Part shown: piece after piece, positions 11,500 through 24,379 of the stretch | How positions within the stretch are numbered: position 1 is the stretch's first letter | Layout of the letters: each line of letters begins with the position of its first letter | Source of the DNA: Camelus dromedarius | Taxonomy: Eukaryota | NCBI RefSeq assembly: GCF_036321535.1 | Contig: NC_087436.1 | Span: forward strand, 98,706,001-98,770,000 | Length of the DNA: 64,000 nucleotides | Reading direction: 5' to 3' | Notes under the pieces: generated by a model | Databases searched by the model: none | The model's input: the letters and a program-made list of their open reading frames with translations, nothing else | Told to the model about the DNA's origin: nothing | Program-made: the position numbers and the translations under genes

Positions 11500-13350
11500 C
11501 TTATGCTAAAGTCACGGCCCTGGTCCTAACACATGGGATGGGTCCATCTGTATAGGACCCTTGAGGATATGGCAGATTCCTCTGAGCCTTATCATTCCCT
11601 GGTAAGTCTTGACAGTACACTCTGCTGAGAAGAACCCCTTCCTTCAGAAGCTGTACCCACCAATTAATTCCAGCATGGCCTGGCTAGGGGAATGTTGAGC
11701 TTGATAAAGTAGGAAAGAGATTATAAATAAAAGGAGAAGTAGCAATTAGCACGTACTGACAGGGCCAAAGCGATTGGATTTTAGTGTTCCATCAAGGGGA
11801 CCAGAATGGAAAACTAGAGAAACAAGATTGAGTTGATTTGTGGGCACTTTATCAGAAAAGAAACCTTATAGGCTGGTGCAAACTCACCACCAGGTATTAC
11901 TTAGAGGTGAGATGACGTAGAGTTGTCCAAGATCTTCTGGTAGACAAGGGAAGCAGAAATAAAGAGGCCGAACGCAGTGCTCATGCTGGAATGGTATATA
12001 AGTAAGTCCAGAAGAGCCACCAGATGATCATGTTTTACAGGATAGCCCAGAGGGCACACCCTTCACTGGGGTCATTAGCAATGCACTTATAAGGAGGACA
12101 CCAGTATCACTAAGAACTGTCGTGGTGATTGCCCTGTGCAAGGCAGGTATGAAGGTAAGAGTCACAGATGGAGCCCATTAATATCCATTGTGAATGACAG
12201 GTCCCAAGTTAACATAGGCCAGGTGGCAACACGATCTCCAGAACTGGAGGCTGTGTTTTATTGTAATGCCCTGGCAAACTGGAGGAAAATGAAGAGATGT
12301 GAGACTCGTGAGGTGTTGCGAAGATGTTGATAGAGTGTGCGACACTCAGAGACAAAACAGATTGGTAGTTGACAAGGTTGCTACTTAACACATGAAACCA
12401 AATAAAACTGAGAATGAAGGAGCAGGAGGCTGAGGCAGTTGCCCTAATAAAAAGCTACAATCCTTTCCTCAGTGTCTGGACTTGAGCTGTTTTTCTGATC
12501 TGGAACCCAGGGACTGAAGAAGTGACTGGATCTCTAAGAGGAAGGAGCCTGCAACACCATAACAATTATCTATAGAAAATGTCTTCATCCATCTGTTCCA
12601 GTAAAATTGAACACTGAGGAACGGGAAATACCCAAACATATTGAGGGTTGTGGACAAAAGACCAGAGTGACATTGATAACCTGAGATTCGCAGGATCATC
12701 ATGACTTGTTGCAGAATGGGGATTAAGTGGGGCCAGATTAGTAAATGAACTTCTGGCTAAAGTCTGTTTCAAAGTGAAATCTCTGTGGCCCTTTAGGCCT
12801 GCCTGAAGTATATAATGGAATTGATATACTGAGAAATTGAAGTAAACTGAGCACTGGCAGCTTGGAATATGGAATGAATTATTAATAGTGGGAAATACGT
12901 AACAGAAGCCTTTGAATTGTTCTGCTTTCCTCTAGTCAAGATAATAAATTTAAAAATGTGTATTTCATTCTGTGGACGGTGGCAGTGATTAGTACTACAA
13001 TAAATCCCTAATAAAGGCAGGGTTGATTCTAGCTATCATATTTTGGTTCATGTTACTGTCCTGACTCTTGAAAAACTCAGATGACTGCTGGAGGAAAACT
13101 TCAGACAACCCTGAGTTCAACCATGTTGTATCCATAACTGCAACTGCTGTGCCAAATGTTTACTTGCTACACAGCATGTTAAGAAATACTTTCTTCTCCA
13201 TTCCGATTACAAAAAAGGATCAGAAACAGTCTACATTCAGATGGGAATGGACAAGAATATTCACTTTCAGTTTTGTTTCAAGTCATATTAACTCCAATGC
13301 TATCTGTCATAATGTGGCCTAAATTGATCTGAACCAGTGGAACATACCAC
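11500..13350 (+). mobile_element. ERV-L-class (HERV16/ERV3-16A3-like) internal remnant: gag-pro-RT
   Basis: From 12002 it translates as VSPEEPPDDHVLQDSPEGTPFTGVISNALIRRTPVSLRTVVVIALC (ERV-L Gag EGPEDTPFT motif). A protease-like segment lies near 12650, and an RT remnant follows. Confidence 0.8.
13068..13322 (+). pseudogene. Decayed ERV-L reverse transcriptase fragment
   Basis: The ORF-track peptide KNSDDCWRKTSDNPEFNHVV...AVPNV...NTFFSIPITKKDQKQSTFRW...INSNAICHN aligns by eye to the retroviral RT motifs K.DGSWRMTVDY..LN, NAFFSIP, QKQFAF.W and NSPALCHN. It has an internal deletion and no YxDD. Confidence 0.85.
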
Positions 13351-13851
13351 AGAACATCACATTGATTTCCTGCTGTCTGATCCTTTTTTGGTGAATGGTC
13401 TTGGTGGTTCTGAAGGAGAACTAAGGCAATGAAATATATAATATATTTTTTTGCTGGGGAGGGTAATTTTTTTTCCATCACTGAAAAAAAATATCAAAAT
13501 ATTATATTTTTCAAAACTGATCTACGATAGCTGGTATAAACCATGTATTCTCCAAAATTTTTGTTGATGAACTCAACTCTTCAGTTAAATAATAAATAAC
13601 TAAATAAGTAAAAAAGAAATTGGGGGCAGAAAGCAGATTGGAAACAAAATAGCAAGTTATAGTCAACGTGTTGCTAGCATTGTATCATCAGTATTATAAA
13701 TATACCACATATCATTAGTCTACTCAATAGAATAGCTCATTGATTTTTTAAAATTTTACTATGATATCTGGCTGTAACTTACACGATTAAGTCAAACTTA
13801 TATGGAACATATTATATATTAAGTCAAATTTATAGGAAGCATATAGGGAGG

Positions 13852-14206
13852 TGTTGGTCCTTACACACAGTGCACTAGGAAAGACTGAAGAAAGAAGCTA
13901 GACACTCCAGATTGGTAGGTGACAGTTTTAATAAGTAAGGGAACTTAACATACAAGGCTTGCCTTGGGCAGCCACAAGACAAGTAGCTCTCCACTCCTGC
14001 CCTCAGAGGCCTTAACTGTGTCATCACATATACCATTCAGATGGTCTCAACAGTACCTTAGTCTCTTAAGGCTAGAACCTTGAAACAGCTCCTAGTGTGG
14101 GGATGGTAGGCAGAATGTACATTCCAATGACAGGGGAGGGGGTCGGGAGACTTTGACCACATCCAGCTTTAGGGTCAACACAGTCCCTCAATGACCTCCT
14201 CCAACA
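13852..14206 (-). mobile_element. Solo LTR, probably ERV1 class
   Basis: Terminal inverted repeat TGTTGG...CCAACA, flanks GGAGG/GGAGT (4/5 TSD), and ATTAAA poly(A) signal on the minus strand about 75 nt before its end. Confidence 0.75.
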
Positions 14207-14414
14207 GGAGTGTCATTGTTCCAGAAAATGGGAGGGTCTGTATTATAAGTGTGTGTATCTATCAGGTATCATTTCTCCATCAGTGCTTATTAATATAAAT
14301 ATAAAGCAGTTTTATCTCAAAAGTCAAACTAAAATGTTTTACTGTTTTGGGAAAAGCCTAGGCCTAAAGTGCTAAGATATAAATATATGCCTACAATTGA
14401 AATATTTGGTAAAA

Positions 14415-14530
14415 ATGGCTAATATTTATTGTGGGTTTTTTAATGTTATAAGCACTGTTCTCAGTACTCTATACGTATTGCTGCATTTACTCTTCACAAA
14501 AATCTTATTAGATAAATAAATATTATTATT
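14415..14530 (-). mobile_element. MIR SINE fragment, followed by an MLT1-like LTR start at about 14530
   Basis: GCTAATATTTATTG...AAGCACTGTTCTCAGTACTCTATACGTATT...TCTTCACAA is antisense MIR. It is followed by TGTATTAATCAGGGT. Confidence 0.65.
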
Positions 14531-14796
14531 GTATTAATCAGGGTACTGGCAGGGAGAAGATGCCACACTCAAGGTGAACAATTTGTAGAATATGTATTAA
14601 AAGAGAGGAGGCTATTTAAACAAACAAATGAAAAAAAAAAAACGTAAGTGCAGTAAAAACACATGGGTGTTGTGCTGTATCCTGGAGATTTATGACAGCA
14701 GGTTATATAATTGAAAAATGTCTGGAAACTAAAACTGATCAGATCTTGGTGAGACCTTAGATACTGAAGATGAGTGAAAGGAAACGGCTCCCAAGT

Positions 14797-14837
14797 GTTT
14801 GGCCTATTGCGTTTGGCTTATTGTGTTTGGCTTATGC
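14797..14837 (+). repeat. Three-copy 14-bp tandem repeat GTTTGGCTTATTGY
   Basis: GTTTGGCCTATTGC GTTTGGCTTATTGT GTTTGGCTTATGC. Confidence 0.85.
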
Positions 14838-16200
14838 AATTGGAGGGATGGACACCTCTTTCACTTGAGGTCAGGAACCCTAGACAATAATCAGATTCAC
14901 AAAATTTTTGATTTGAGGCAAGAGTGGGGAGGGATACTAACAGCCAGTCATACACGAAGTGTGAATCTCACAGAAATTCTGAGACACAGTTTTTGGGGTT
15001 CTAACATGCATTTAAAAATGGGGAAAAAGTTAGCAGAAGATTTAAGCTAATACCCATGCTATTCAAAGTAAAACAGGAAATTCACTCTTAAGATTTTTAA
15101 GAAACATATTTCAACGAATCATTGACGTTGACTTTTAAATCATGATTAAGATTTAGTAATGCGCAATTCTACAGCAATAGTTGTGGGAATTATAACAGCA
15201 TTTGAGAAATGATTAGACCATAGAATAACAAAACTTCCAGCTCCCCAAGATATAAAATGAAATGTATCATCACTTTGGTTTCATGACTTTTTCCCACTAG
15301 TTTCAATCACTTTTTTATAAAGATTGAGATAAATTACCTATTTCTTTAAAGAATGGATGACTTTGTTCTGTGCTAGTGGTTATTTATGTAACCCTGAGGA
15401 TCTCTTCATTCAGTATAAGTACAAGCATTTCAGGTATGTATCCAACGTGATAAAGAAATTGACACTGAGATTGTCACTGAGATGTTCTAAGATTGATGAT
15501 CCTTCTTAAACATAAGATATCATTACCAATTCAGGGTCACCCAAAAGGAAGTCAAGGAACTGTCAAAAGTATCAGACTACTTTTCTCAAAAGAGATATTA
15601 TCTAAGTTTTGCTGGAGTTTGTCTTTTGTGTATAAAAATAAAATGAAACCTATATATTATTAAGTTTTTTTTTTAATGGTTAGACTCAATGATAACTCAT
15701 AAGGAAGAAATTAGATCTTTTCACTCTTCCTCCTACATTTAAAGTGAAAACTCAAAATGGAATGCTTTTAAAAAAAATATTGCACTTTAGCTATATCAGG
15801 ACTGTATTAGATCTGAACAGTTGACAATAAAATAATGCCTATTGCATAGTATAGGCACTTTCAAAAAAAGTTCATCTTTCCATAGCTATAAATACTGGCA
15901 TATATCTATTAGGTTTAACACAATTTTAAAATATTCAGTTTATTAAAAAATAAAATTAAAAATTTGATAGACTTACAAAATATTTCATATAAATATATGC
16001 ATATATGTGTGTATGTATACATATATGTGTATATATATATTAATTTGGGATTAGAAATAAACACTGGATTTATTAAGAATGTAATACATAGGTCATTTAT
16101 GTATGTCCATGCTATAAGGAAATTGTTTTAATCCTATTACAAGAAAATGCTAAATTCTCTCTGGCTTTACTTATTTTCAGCCAATAGAAATAATATACCC

Positions 16201-16274
16201 TGTGTGTGTGTGCATGTGTGTGTGCGTGTGTGTGTGGATGTGGGTATGTGTGGGTAAAAGAGAGAGAGAGAGAG
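16201..16274. repeat. (TG)n-(AG)n microsatellite
   Basis: Directly visible. Confidence 0.9.
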
Positions 16275-17659
16275 TTCCCAAGTATGGTGGAGTTAAATTC
16301 ATCCCAAAAATAATTTGAAGAATTTGCAGCATTACACAGTGTGCTTCACCACACTGAGTGTGTCATGTGCTCTAAAGTTGAAGTACGGAGTAAATGATAA
16401 AAAAAGATGTTCAGTCCTAGGCATTTGCAAAGCCCTCAAAAGATTTTTATGAAATAGAATAGTGCCTAGGACTATTTACGAATTATAAGGCAATTGTGTC
16501 TTTCATCAACAGGAACTTACAAAAATGTTCTATCTGTTACATTATTAAAGCTGCCACTTGAATGTACTAAGTTGTATCCTAGTGATTTAAAATTTCTGGG
16601 TTTTCAAATTTCCTCATCTTAACACCCTACTTTATTTGAGAAGGTGTTAGTCATGGAAACACAACAGGCTGAAGAGCATAGTTTTTTTTTTGATGGCGTT
16701 ATATCCCAAGGAATAGTCTGATGATTTCAGTACAGCCATGTTTTCCTACTATCTTATTTAATAAGTACTTTGAGACCATTTAAATGGAAATGTAATAAAA
16801 ATGATTTTTCTTAGAAGTAATCAAACCATGAATTTATTTCATTCTTTTATTACAAAACTAATTTCTAGACAACCACTGTTGGTATAGGGAGCTCAGTGCT
16901 CTACCAGCAGACCAGGATTCTGCACTTGTAATGTCAAACCTAACTTAATGAATCCCATACATAAGACTTTAAGCAAACAAAAGGAATTGCTATCCAATTT
17001 TGTTACCAATGATCTTTAACATGTCCAAGGCTTTCAGATTACTATGACTGCAAACTCAAAGTAATTTTACCCTATTTTAGAAATGGAAGAGTATTATATA
17101 CATCACTGCAACCTGGTGTTTCACTTATCATGATATATTTATCTGGATATGAACTATACTTTAAAAACATTGTAAATAACTTTATCTCAATAACACCTAA
17201 TTGTTTCTCAACTTACATTCACATCTGATCCTCACCATTCTCAATAACAGCTTTTTGCCATGTCTTATTTAATGAAAAGGAAACTAACACTATTAAAAGT
17301 AGAGCGAGAGTGACCTCTCTAAGATTTAATTTCTTATGTGTTATATCCAAAACATGAAATGGAGTCCACTGGTCCTTGATCCTAGAATATTTTTAATATA
17401 CCACAAAGAGAATTTTCTACTAAAAGCCATGAAATTTAAAATCAATTCTTGTTTGGTTAGCCAAGTCCTGTTTAATTATACAGACCACATTTTCTTAAGC
17501 TAAATAGTTGTGTTTATGTATCTAGAAATATTGTTATATGAGATTAAATTGTTGAATGACTTAAATCTAGACATCAGATAGATGGATAGATAGACAGGTT
17601 TGTGTGATTAAACTTTTGAATAAAATAGGCTTGTATTACTGAAGGTGGAAAAGTGTTAG

Positions 17660-18211
17660 ATTGAAATCGTGCAGGAACCCTTGGGGCCCTCCCAAATACA
17701 ATGGCTTTTCTCTGTCCTCCATTTCCTGTATGTAGGAAAAAGCAGATTCAAACAGTTACTAATTGGAGAAGTGAGGAATGCAGACAGAAACAGTAGCGCA
17801 GGATGGGGCATGGGCCTGGGGACATGCATAACAATCTGATATTTATCTCTGAGTTCTCCAGGAACTAAAGCTTCCTGCAGGTCAAGAATGATCAGTTCAG
17901 GTGGAGCACAAACATGTGGACCCCGGACTGGTTGGAACCAGAAGGCTGAGGATTAAGATTCCTAGAACCCCACACTGCTACCTCACCACCAACCAATCAG
18001 AGGAGCTACACACCCTGAAGACCTCCCTCCAAATTTTGCCTACAAAAACTTCCCTGCAACTCAGCAGGAAGTTCGGGTCTTTTGAACAGGAGCAGGTCTG
18101 CTCTTCTTGGCTGGTCCAGCAATAAATATTCCTTTCTCTGCTTCAGACTCTGACGCTTTGGCTTGTTGGGCCTCACTGTGCATCGGGCACAGGAGCTTGA
18201 TTTCAACCACA
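17660..18211 (+). mobile_element. ERV1-class solo LTR (artiodactyl type)
   Basis: GC-richer island with a CCAAT box (CAACCAATCAG, about 17990), a TATA-like CCTACAAAAA, AATAAA at 18121 and a CA end. The 5' boundary is uncertain. Confidence 0.7.
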
Positions 18212-18685
18212 GAATGAGTTTACCATAATTAAACTTATTCAACTGCAACATCTTCGCTTAGCCATTAATATTAGTTATCTAACTCCAGTAGCTTGGCCTA
18301 GAAGCATTGAGAGATTTATTCATGTAATGAATGCACATTTACAAATATAGAAAATCCTCTCTCTCTGTTTTGTTTTGTTTGTTTGTTTTTTGGAGGAGGT
18401 TTTCCGTTTGAGGCAGAACCTAATTGCAGTTATCAAAATTACTGTTTTCCCAAGAGCAGAGGGACTGGTCAGTTTTTCTTCTTTCTTGGGTCTTAGCCTG
18501 CTTTGTGTTTGAGCTGAACAGTTAAATCCGATCTGATCTACAATGACAGGTACTCTCTCTTGTCAATATTTGGTGTTTTTGAAGAAGTGTAGGGTCTCTC
18601 TTGAAGAACTGCGAGCAGAATAATGAGTTCATGTGGTCTGGCACTATAATAATGCTTCACAATATGCTTGGGTGCGTGAGCCAGG

Positions 18686-18758
18686 TCTCCCTCTCCCTCC
18701 TTTTTTCCCTCCCACCTCCTCCTCCCTCTCTCCCTCTCTTTCTCCTTCTCCTTCTTCT
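18686..18758 (+). repeat. Polypyrimidine (CT-rich) tract
   Basis: About 72 nt, almost entirely C/T. Confidence 0.85.
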
Positions 18759-21236
18759 AACAAATTCTAGGCCACAGGAAAAGTAAAAACTGCTGTAAAC
18801 GGATTGAATGGAGTCTGTTGATGTTTTGAAAGGACAATGAACTCTGATTCTAAATTGATTGCTGCTTGTAGATTCCTCTCTTCTCTCCTACAACTCCCCT
18901 TCTTCCTTTGTGATCGCTCTACTATTTTGTCTCCTTTGTTATCCCATATCTAGTGTTCAATTGTCCTTGACTGAATTGAGTCCTCTTAACAGAAGAGGGT
19001 TGAAGAAATGACCTTCACAAATTACTATCAGCCCCAAGATAATGTGGCACAATGTCAGAAAATGTAAGGTGAGTGACTACCAAGTTAAAAGAATATCTTT
19101 TTATACTGTGTTTTGAAAGTTCTTTTAGAGATCTCTTTGTTTGATAGTTATTGTTACTAAAGCCTCCTGCTGTTCTTATCTCAAAAATCATCTACAAATT
19201 AGTATTAATGCTTTATGTGTACTAAGATAAGGGAAATTATTTAGTGGAATTTGATGCCAATCCTTGCAGGTTTGGATTTTGCAGAAATTATTGGAGGTCA
19301 AGTGCATTTGTATTTTAAACACTTATAACCAATTCGTACATATATTGTCTTTATGGTACATGCATGTTTGTTAACATACAAGTTTTAGAACTATTTTTGA
19401 AGTAACACTGAAGACGTAGCATGCATATATTTTTCAGCTGATGAAAGTCAGCTATAAGTGAATCAAAAGACAGAGAAAGCAAAAAGAAAGAGAATGAACA
19501 GGAATTTAAATAGTGCATGCCACTTGCCCTTCTGCTCAATGAACAGATGTCTTTTAATGAAGGTGATACAGTAGAGGTTAACCTGCTATTCTTGCAGCCA
19601 GTTTCAATACCCAATTTCCATGATCAACAGTGAATTGAGTGGCATTTGAAGATAATTTTCTTCTTCTGCCTTCTTGGCCTTCAAATACAAGCAAGCCAAC
19701 TGCTTCGTCTAGTGTTCAACTAGAAAAACAGTAAGAAAAAAAAGTGTCTGTGTTGATTTATTTCAGAATTAATACTGAAATGCTCAAATGGATGTCTTAC
19801 CTACAGATTTCCCAAATTTTCATTTTAAGAGATACCACCTTATGCCACCTATAGATCGAAACAGCCACCAAAATGCAATTCCATTCCGTCCTTAATGTCC
19901 CTGAGTTTTTTAAATTGATTTCGTTGTTTTTGTTTCGTTTCTGTTTAGACTATAAGTCATTTGAAACAGAGGATATATTTTCTTTACTTTTATTAGTTCT
20001 ACAAAACAATATTACCATGAACATAGTTTGTGCTCAACAAAAATTTATAGATTAACTTTATCAGTGGGTGGATAGAGTATGTAAAGGATTCAAATAGTTA
20101 TCTAACAAGTTGTTGTGAGGACACATAATATTTTATTTTTTAATAGAAAAAAATCAGGGATAAAAATGGAAAATCAAAGTGAATCTCATGTATAGATCCC
20201 AGTAACATATAACTAGTTACATACAGAAATATTAAAATAATAATTATTATTATTATCAAATGGGAGAGATATAGAATATATATTTCTTGAAGTTAAAATA
20301 GCCTAAGTGCATATTTAGTATGTGTATCTATAGCACAAAAATAATGTTTCTTTGACTCCACAAATTGCATTGTAGGAATATCAACTCCATTGTCTGAGCC
20401 AATTGAAAAGTGACTTTCTTATCAGTGTCTCCCCAATTCTACCTTGTCTCCTCACTCAGCTCCTTGGCTTTTGCAACTTCCTGTATAGAGTGGCACAAGC
20501 TGAGGAGAGGAGTACTGGATGCTGAGGGGGCCTCTAAGGCTAATATTATGTCTGAGGGAGGAAGAAGGTACCAGGCCATGCAGTATTGCTTCATCAGTTG
20601 TTCAGTGGCTGTCATCACCCAGCCAGACCACTGCCATGGTTATCATTGCTATGCTCTTTGAATAATGATGCTTCTTTCAGGCTAATATAAGATTTTACCA
20701 ATATTAACCCTAAAATGAACAAATGTTATTAGTCACAAATGTATGTAATATGTCAAAAACACTTGGAAAATAACTTTAAAAATAAACTTTCTAGGTAAAA
20801 ATATCCCATCTTCTATAGTATTTTCTAATATTATTTTAAAATCCAAATTTTCTTGTTGATAACATATTCCACGGCTGAAGCTAGTATAATAACTTTTGTT
20901 ATAATGGTCCAGTGAACATTAAAAATATACCAGACTCTTATGAGAGCTAAAACTCATTCTCACCACACAATATTAAATTATTAATATTGCCCACATTCTG
21001 ATACAATCTGAAAATTAACCCAGCATCTGCACTCATTGTTTTCTCCTTTGTGCCTTTCTCACTGATAAATTGCTTTTCCTTCCCTCCATAACTCATTCCT
21101 TCTCATGAGTTTGTGTTCCACCTAGCTCTACAGAAATCTTACTGGGTAGGAAAGATAACAGCAGGCCTGAAATCTACAACTTCTCCTGTGGATGCTAGTG
21201 AACAAAAAATGCTTAACACTGAAAGACTGAATGCCG

Positions 21237-21990
21237 AATTTTTGGTTGAAACTTATAAGCTGATTCTATAATTGATAGCAAAGGGAACAGGATCTAAAGT
21301 TCTCAAACTAATTTTGAGAAAAAAATAATAAAATTTAAGGACTCACACTATCTGCTTTCAAGACTTACTGAACAACTACAATAATCAAGATGGTGTGGTA
21401 CTGGAAAAAAACATAGACTCAGAGATCACTGGAACATATTAGAGTGTCTAGATGTAGACGCACATGTATGTGGTCACTTGATCTATCAGAAGGGTGAAAA
21501 AGCAATTCAATGAAGAAATAAGTTGTACTGAGAAAACTGGTGCTGGTACAAATGATGCTGAAAAAATTAGATGTCTATATTCAAAAAATAATGAATCTTG
21601 ATCTATACCTCACATCATAATAAATAACTTAAAATGGAACATAGATCTAAATATAAAACTAAAGACTATAAGCTTTAAGAAGAAAATATTTGTGACTTTG
21701 GATTAGGCAAAATTTTTTAGCTTTTTGGAGGGGTGATAACTATACATCTTTCTATATGTCTCATATATTTCATGTAAGTAATAGCTGTACTCTTTACAGG
21801 CTGAATTTTATAATATATAAATTATACTTCAATTGAAAATAAATGTTATACAGTTGTATTCATAATAGGAAAAAATGTAACTACTATAAATCACTCAAGT
21901 GTCCATAAACACAAAAATGGATATGCAAATTATAGAATTATAACATGCATTCATTAAAAACATACTAACAATAAAAATTGAACTGCATAT
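21237..21990 (+). mobile_element. Old LINE-1 (L1MC/ME-like) ORF2 and 3'UTR fragments
   Basis: GGACTCACACTATCTGCTTTCAAGACTTACT, ACAATAATCAAGATGGTGTGGTACTGG and TGTGACTTTGGATTAGGCAAA. The sequence jumps to the 3'UTR at about 21720. Confidence 0.8.
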
Positions 21991-22436
21991 ATGAGAGAGT
22001 AAGAAATCAAGTCCTAACATTGATCTAATCAGATACATTTTAAAAAGATATGTCTAAATAAAGATGTATTGCTTTCCTTGGATGTGTGTTTGATGAATTT
22101 AAAATTTCCTTGCAGAAATATCATTACAGGGTTCCTACTTAAAGAAGTACTATGATGTACCATCAACCAGAGTTCTTGAATGAGCCCTGAAGTTAAGTCA
22201 GATGTAGTTAAACTTAGCCTTTGTGATAATATAAACTCAAGTATTATTTTTAAACAGTTTGAATTCCTCTTTATCATTACTCCAAGGCAAACCTCAGTTC
22301 TTGCTGATGGACAAGTTAATTAGGTTGCAGGGAGAATTAAGGTAAAACAAAAAAAGTTTTAAAATACCAGAATAAAAAATTGTAAATAGTCTTTCCCTAC
22401 ATTTATCATTTTAAGTCATTAATAGTATATAAATTC

Positions 22437-23241
22437 TGCTAAAGAGTGAATATCTGTGTCCCTTCAAAATTCTTATGTTGAAATCCTAACCCCCAAAGTG
22501 ATGGTATTTGGAAGTGGAGCCTTTGGGAGGTGATTAGGTCAAGGGTGGAGCCTTCATGAATGGGACTGTACCAGAGAAGAACTAACCTGACTCCATCCTG
22601 GGTCAGATTAAGTTTCAGCTCTAACTTTTATGCTGTTCCCTGTGCTTAATCATGTTGCCTCTGCACCTTTGTAAGAGAATATTGCCTATAGTTGGAAATA
22701 TACTTGATAGCCCATTCTCAAGGTCTGCCTCTCAGGCTTGAACTTTAAAGGTATAACACTTTTTCACTCATGTAGAGATAAAAAGTTGCAGAACAGAGAA
22801 CAACATTTGTCTCATTGGAGGTTTACAAGAACATCCTGACCAGACATACAGGAATAGCTGCAGGAACAAAGGATTATCACCTCCGAGGTCTAGCTGGCAC
22901 CAAGGAGTCTGCAACAACCAGCCACACCCCCTCTACTTTTCATATAAAAGAGGCTTAAATTTAACTTTTGGGGACACCAGTCCATCATTTTGGACTCAGT
23001 AACAGGTTTACTGTTCTTATAAAAGAAGCTTCAGAGAGAACCTCATCCCTTTGCCATGTGAATTTACAGCAAAAAGAAAACTCTCCGTGTACCAGAAAGT
23101 GGACTCTCATCAGACACTGAACCTTCCAGTACCTTGTGCTTGGACTTCCCAGCCTCCAGAGCCACGAAGAATGTATTTTTGTTGTTTGTAAGCCACCCCT
23201 TCTATGATATTTTGGCATAGCAGCCCAAACTGATTAAGACA
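22437..23241 (+). mobile_element. MLT1A-like MaLR solo LTR, split by a nested LTR
   Basis: Starts TGCTA...TGTGTCCCTTCAAAATTCTTATGTTGAAATCCTAACCCCCAA and ends GCAGCCCAAACTGATTAAGACA. Perfect 5-bp TSD AATTC at 22432-22436 and 23242-23246. Confidence 0.92.
22567..23004 (+). mobile_element. ERV1-class LTR nested in MLT1A
   Basis: TGTA...TAACA ends, and the MLT1A sequence resumes colinearly after it. The 5' end GAAGAACTAACCTGACTCCAT is shared with the LTR at 37863. Confidence 0.85.
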
Positions 23242-24379
23242 AATTCTAATGTGTTAAACATATTGCATCTCTACTAGATACTTGCAATGGTATTTCTTTC
23301 TTATAAACTGCTGCTTTATTGCATTTGGTAGATAGACAACTTGTTCAATATACTGATGACATAAGGGACCATTCTTTAGTCTGTAGACGTCAACATAGGA
23401 AGGGTTAACCTAAGAAAATAAAAACAAATGAGAAATTATAGTCAATGTAACTAGTAATTAGTAAAATAACTAGTAACAATAACAACTGTTTTTGTTTTTT
23501 TTTTTCCCCCTTGGCCTAGTACTGTTTATCCTGGGCCTTTTAGATAATGCAGAAGTTACAGGGTTTCTAACTGGGGCACAACAGGTAGCTCTGTGCTGTT
23601 TCCCAGCACTCCACAGCTCTACCATATGGTCAGGAGTACATCAGGGCCTTTGAAAGCACACCCTCCAGCCATCCTGCCTGTGGAGGACTCACCACAGCCC
23701 TGCAGTCTGCAGATGACTAAGGGGCCTGCTGTTTCCTGTCTTCACATGCCCCCAGCACAGCAGATTTGCAATGCAGGAAGCATCACTGTAAACCTAGAGA
23801 ACTGGCTGCTTTCCAAGTCTTCCAATTTACTCCTCGGGCTGTATCATTTATGGAAATTGATTCTCTTATTTATGTCTGGGAGGTGCTAGCAACTCTCTGT
23901 GGAATGGAGCCATAGGAACAGCATAGGAGAGGTAATGAGAGAGGCAGAACACTTGCATATGTATGGAAAAGTACAAAGAAAGGGACAATTTTCTATGCAA
24001 ATGTCAGCAATCCCTTTATTTATTCCATACCTCACAACTCGTCAGGATGAGACCAAGTTTTACTGATTATAAATATAGTGCTGCTTCCAATTTACCATGA
24101 TCTTTGTTATCTAAAGATACTAGATAACCATATCATTACTACTATTTGAGCCAAATCTTCTTCAGATATGAGCTTTCAAAGGCCCAGATTTCCTGAGTCA
24201 ATTTAACTTCAGATATTCATGTGAATATATAAAATCATAAGTTTTCATTTCCTATATATGCACACACAGACATGTTCTGGGAAACAGTCAGAGCAAGGGA
24301 AAAGATGAGTTTTAGAAGCACTCAGAAAGTCAACAGTTACCTGGAATTTCTAAAATGTCTTTCTCCCTCCAAAATTGCT

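Noticed and set aside
23560..23900. GC-richer island carrying a 98-aa ORF
   Set aside because: GTG start, almost no CpG and no recognisable domain. It may be an unrecognised old repeat, and I cannot support any call.
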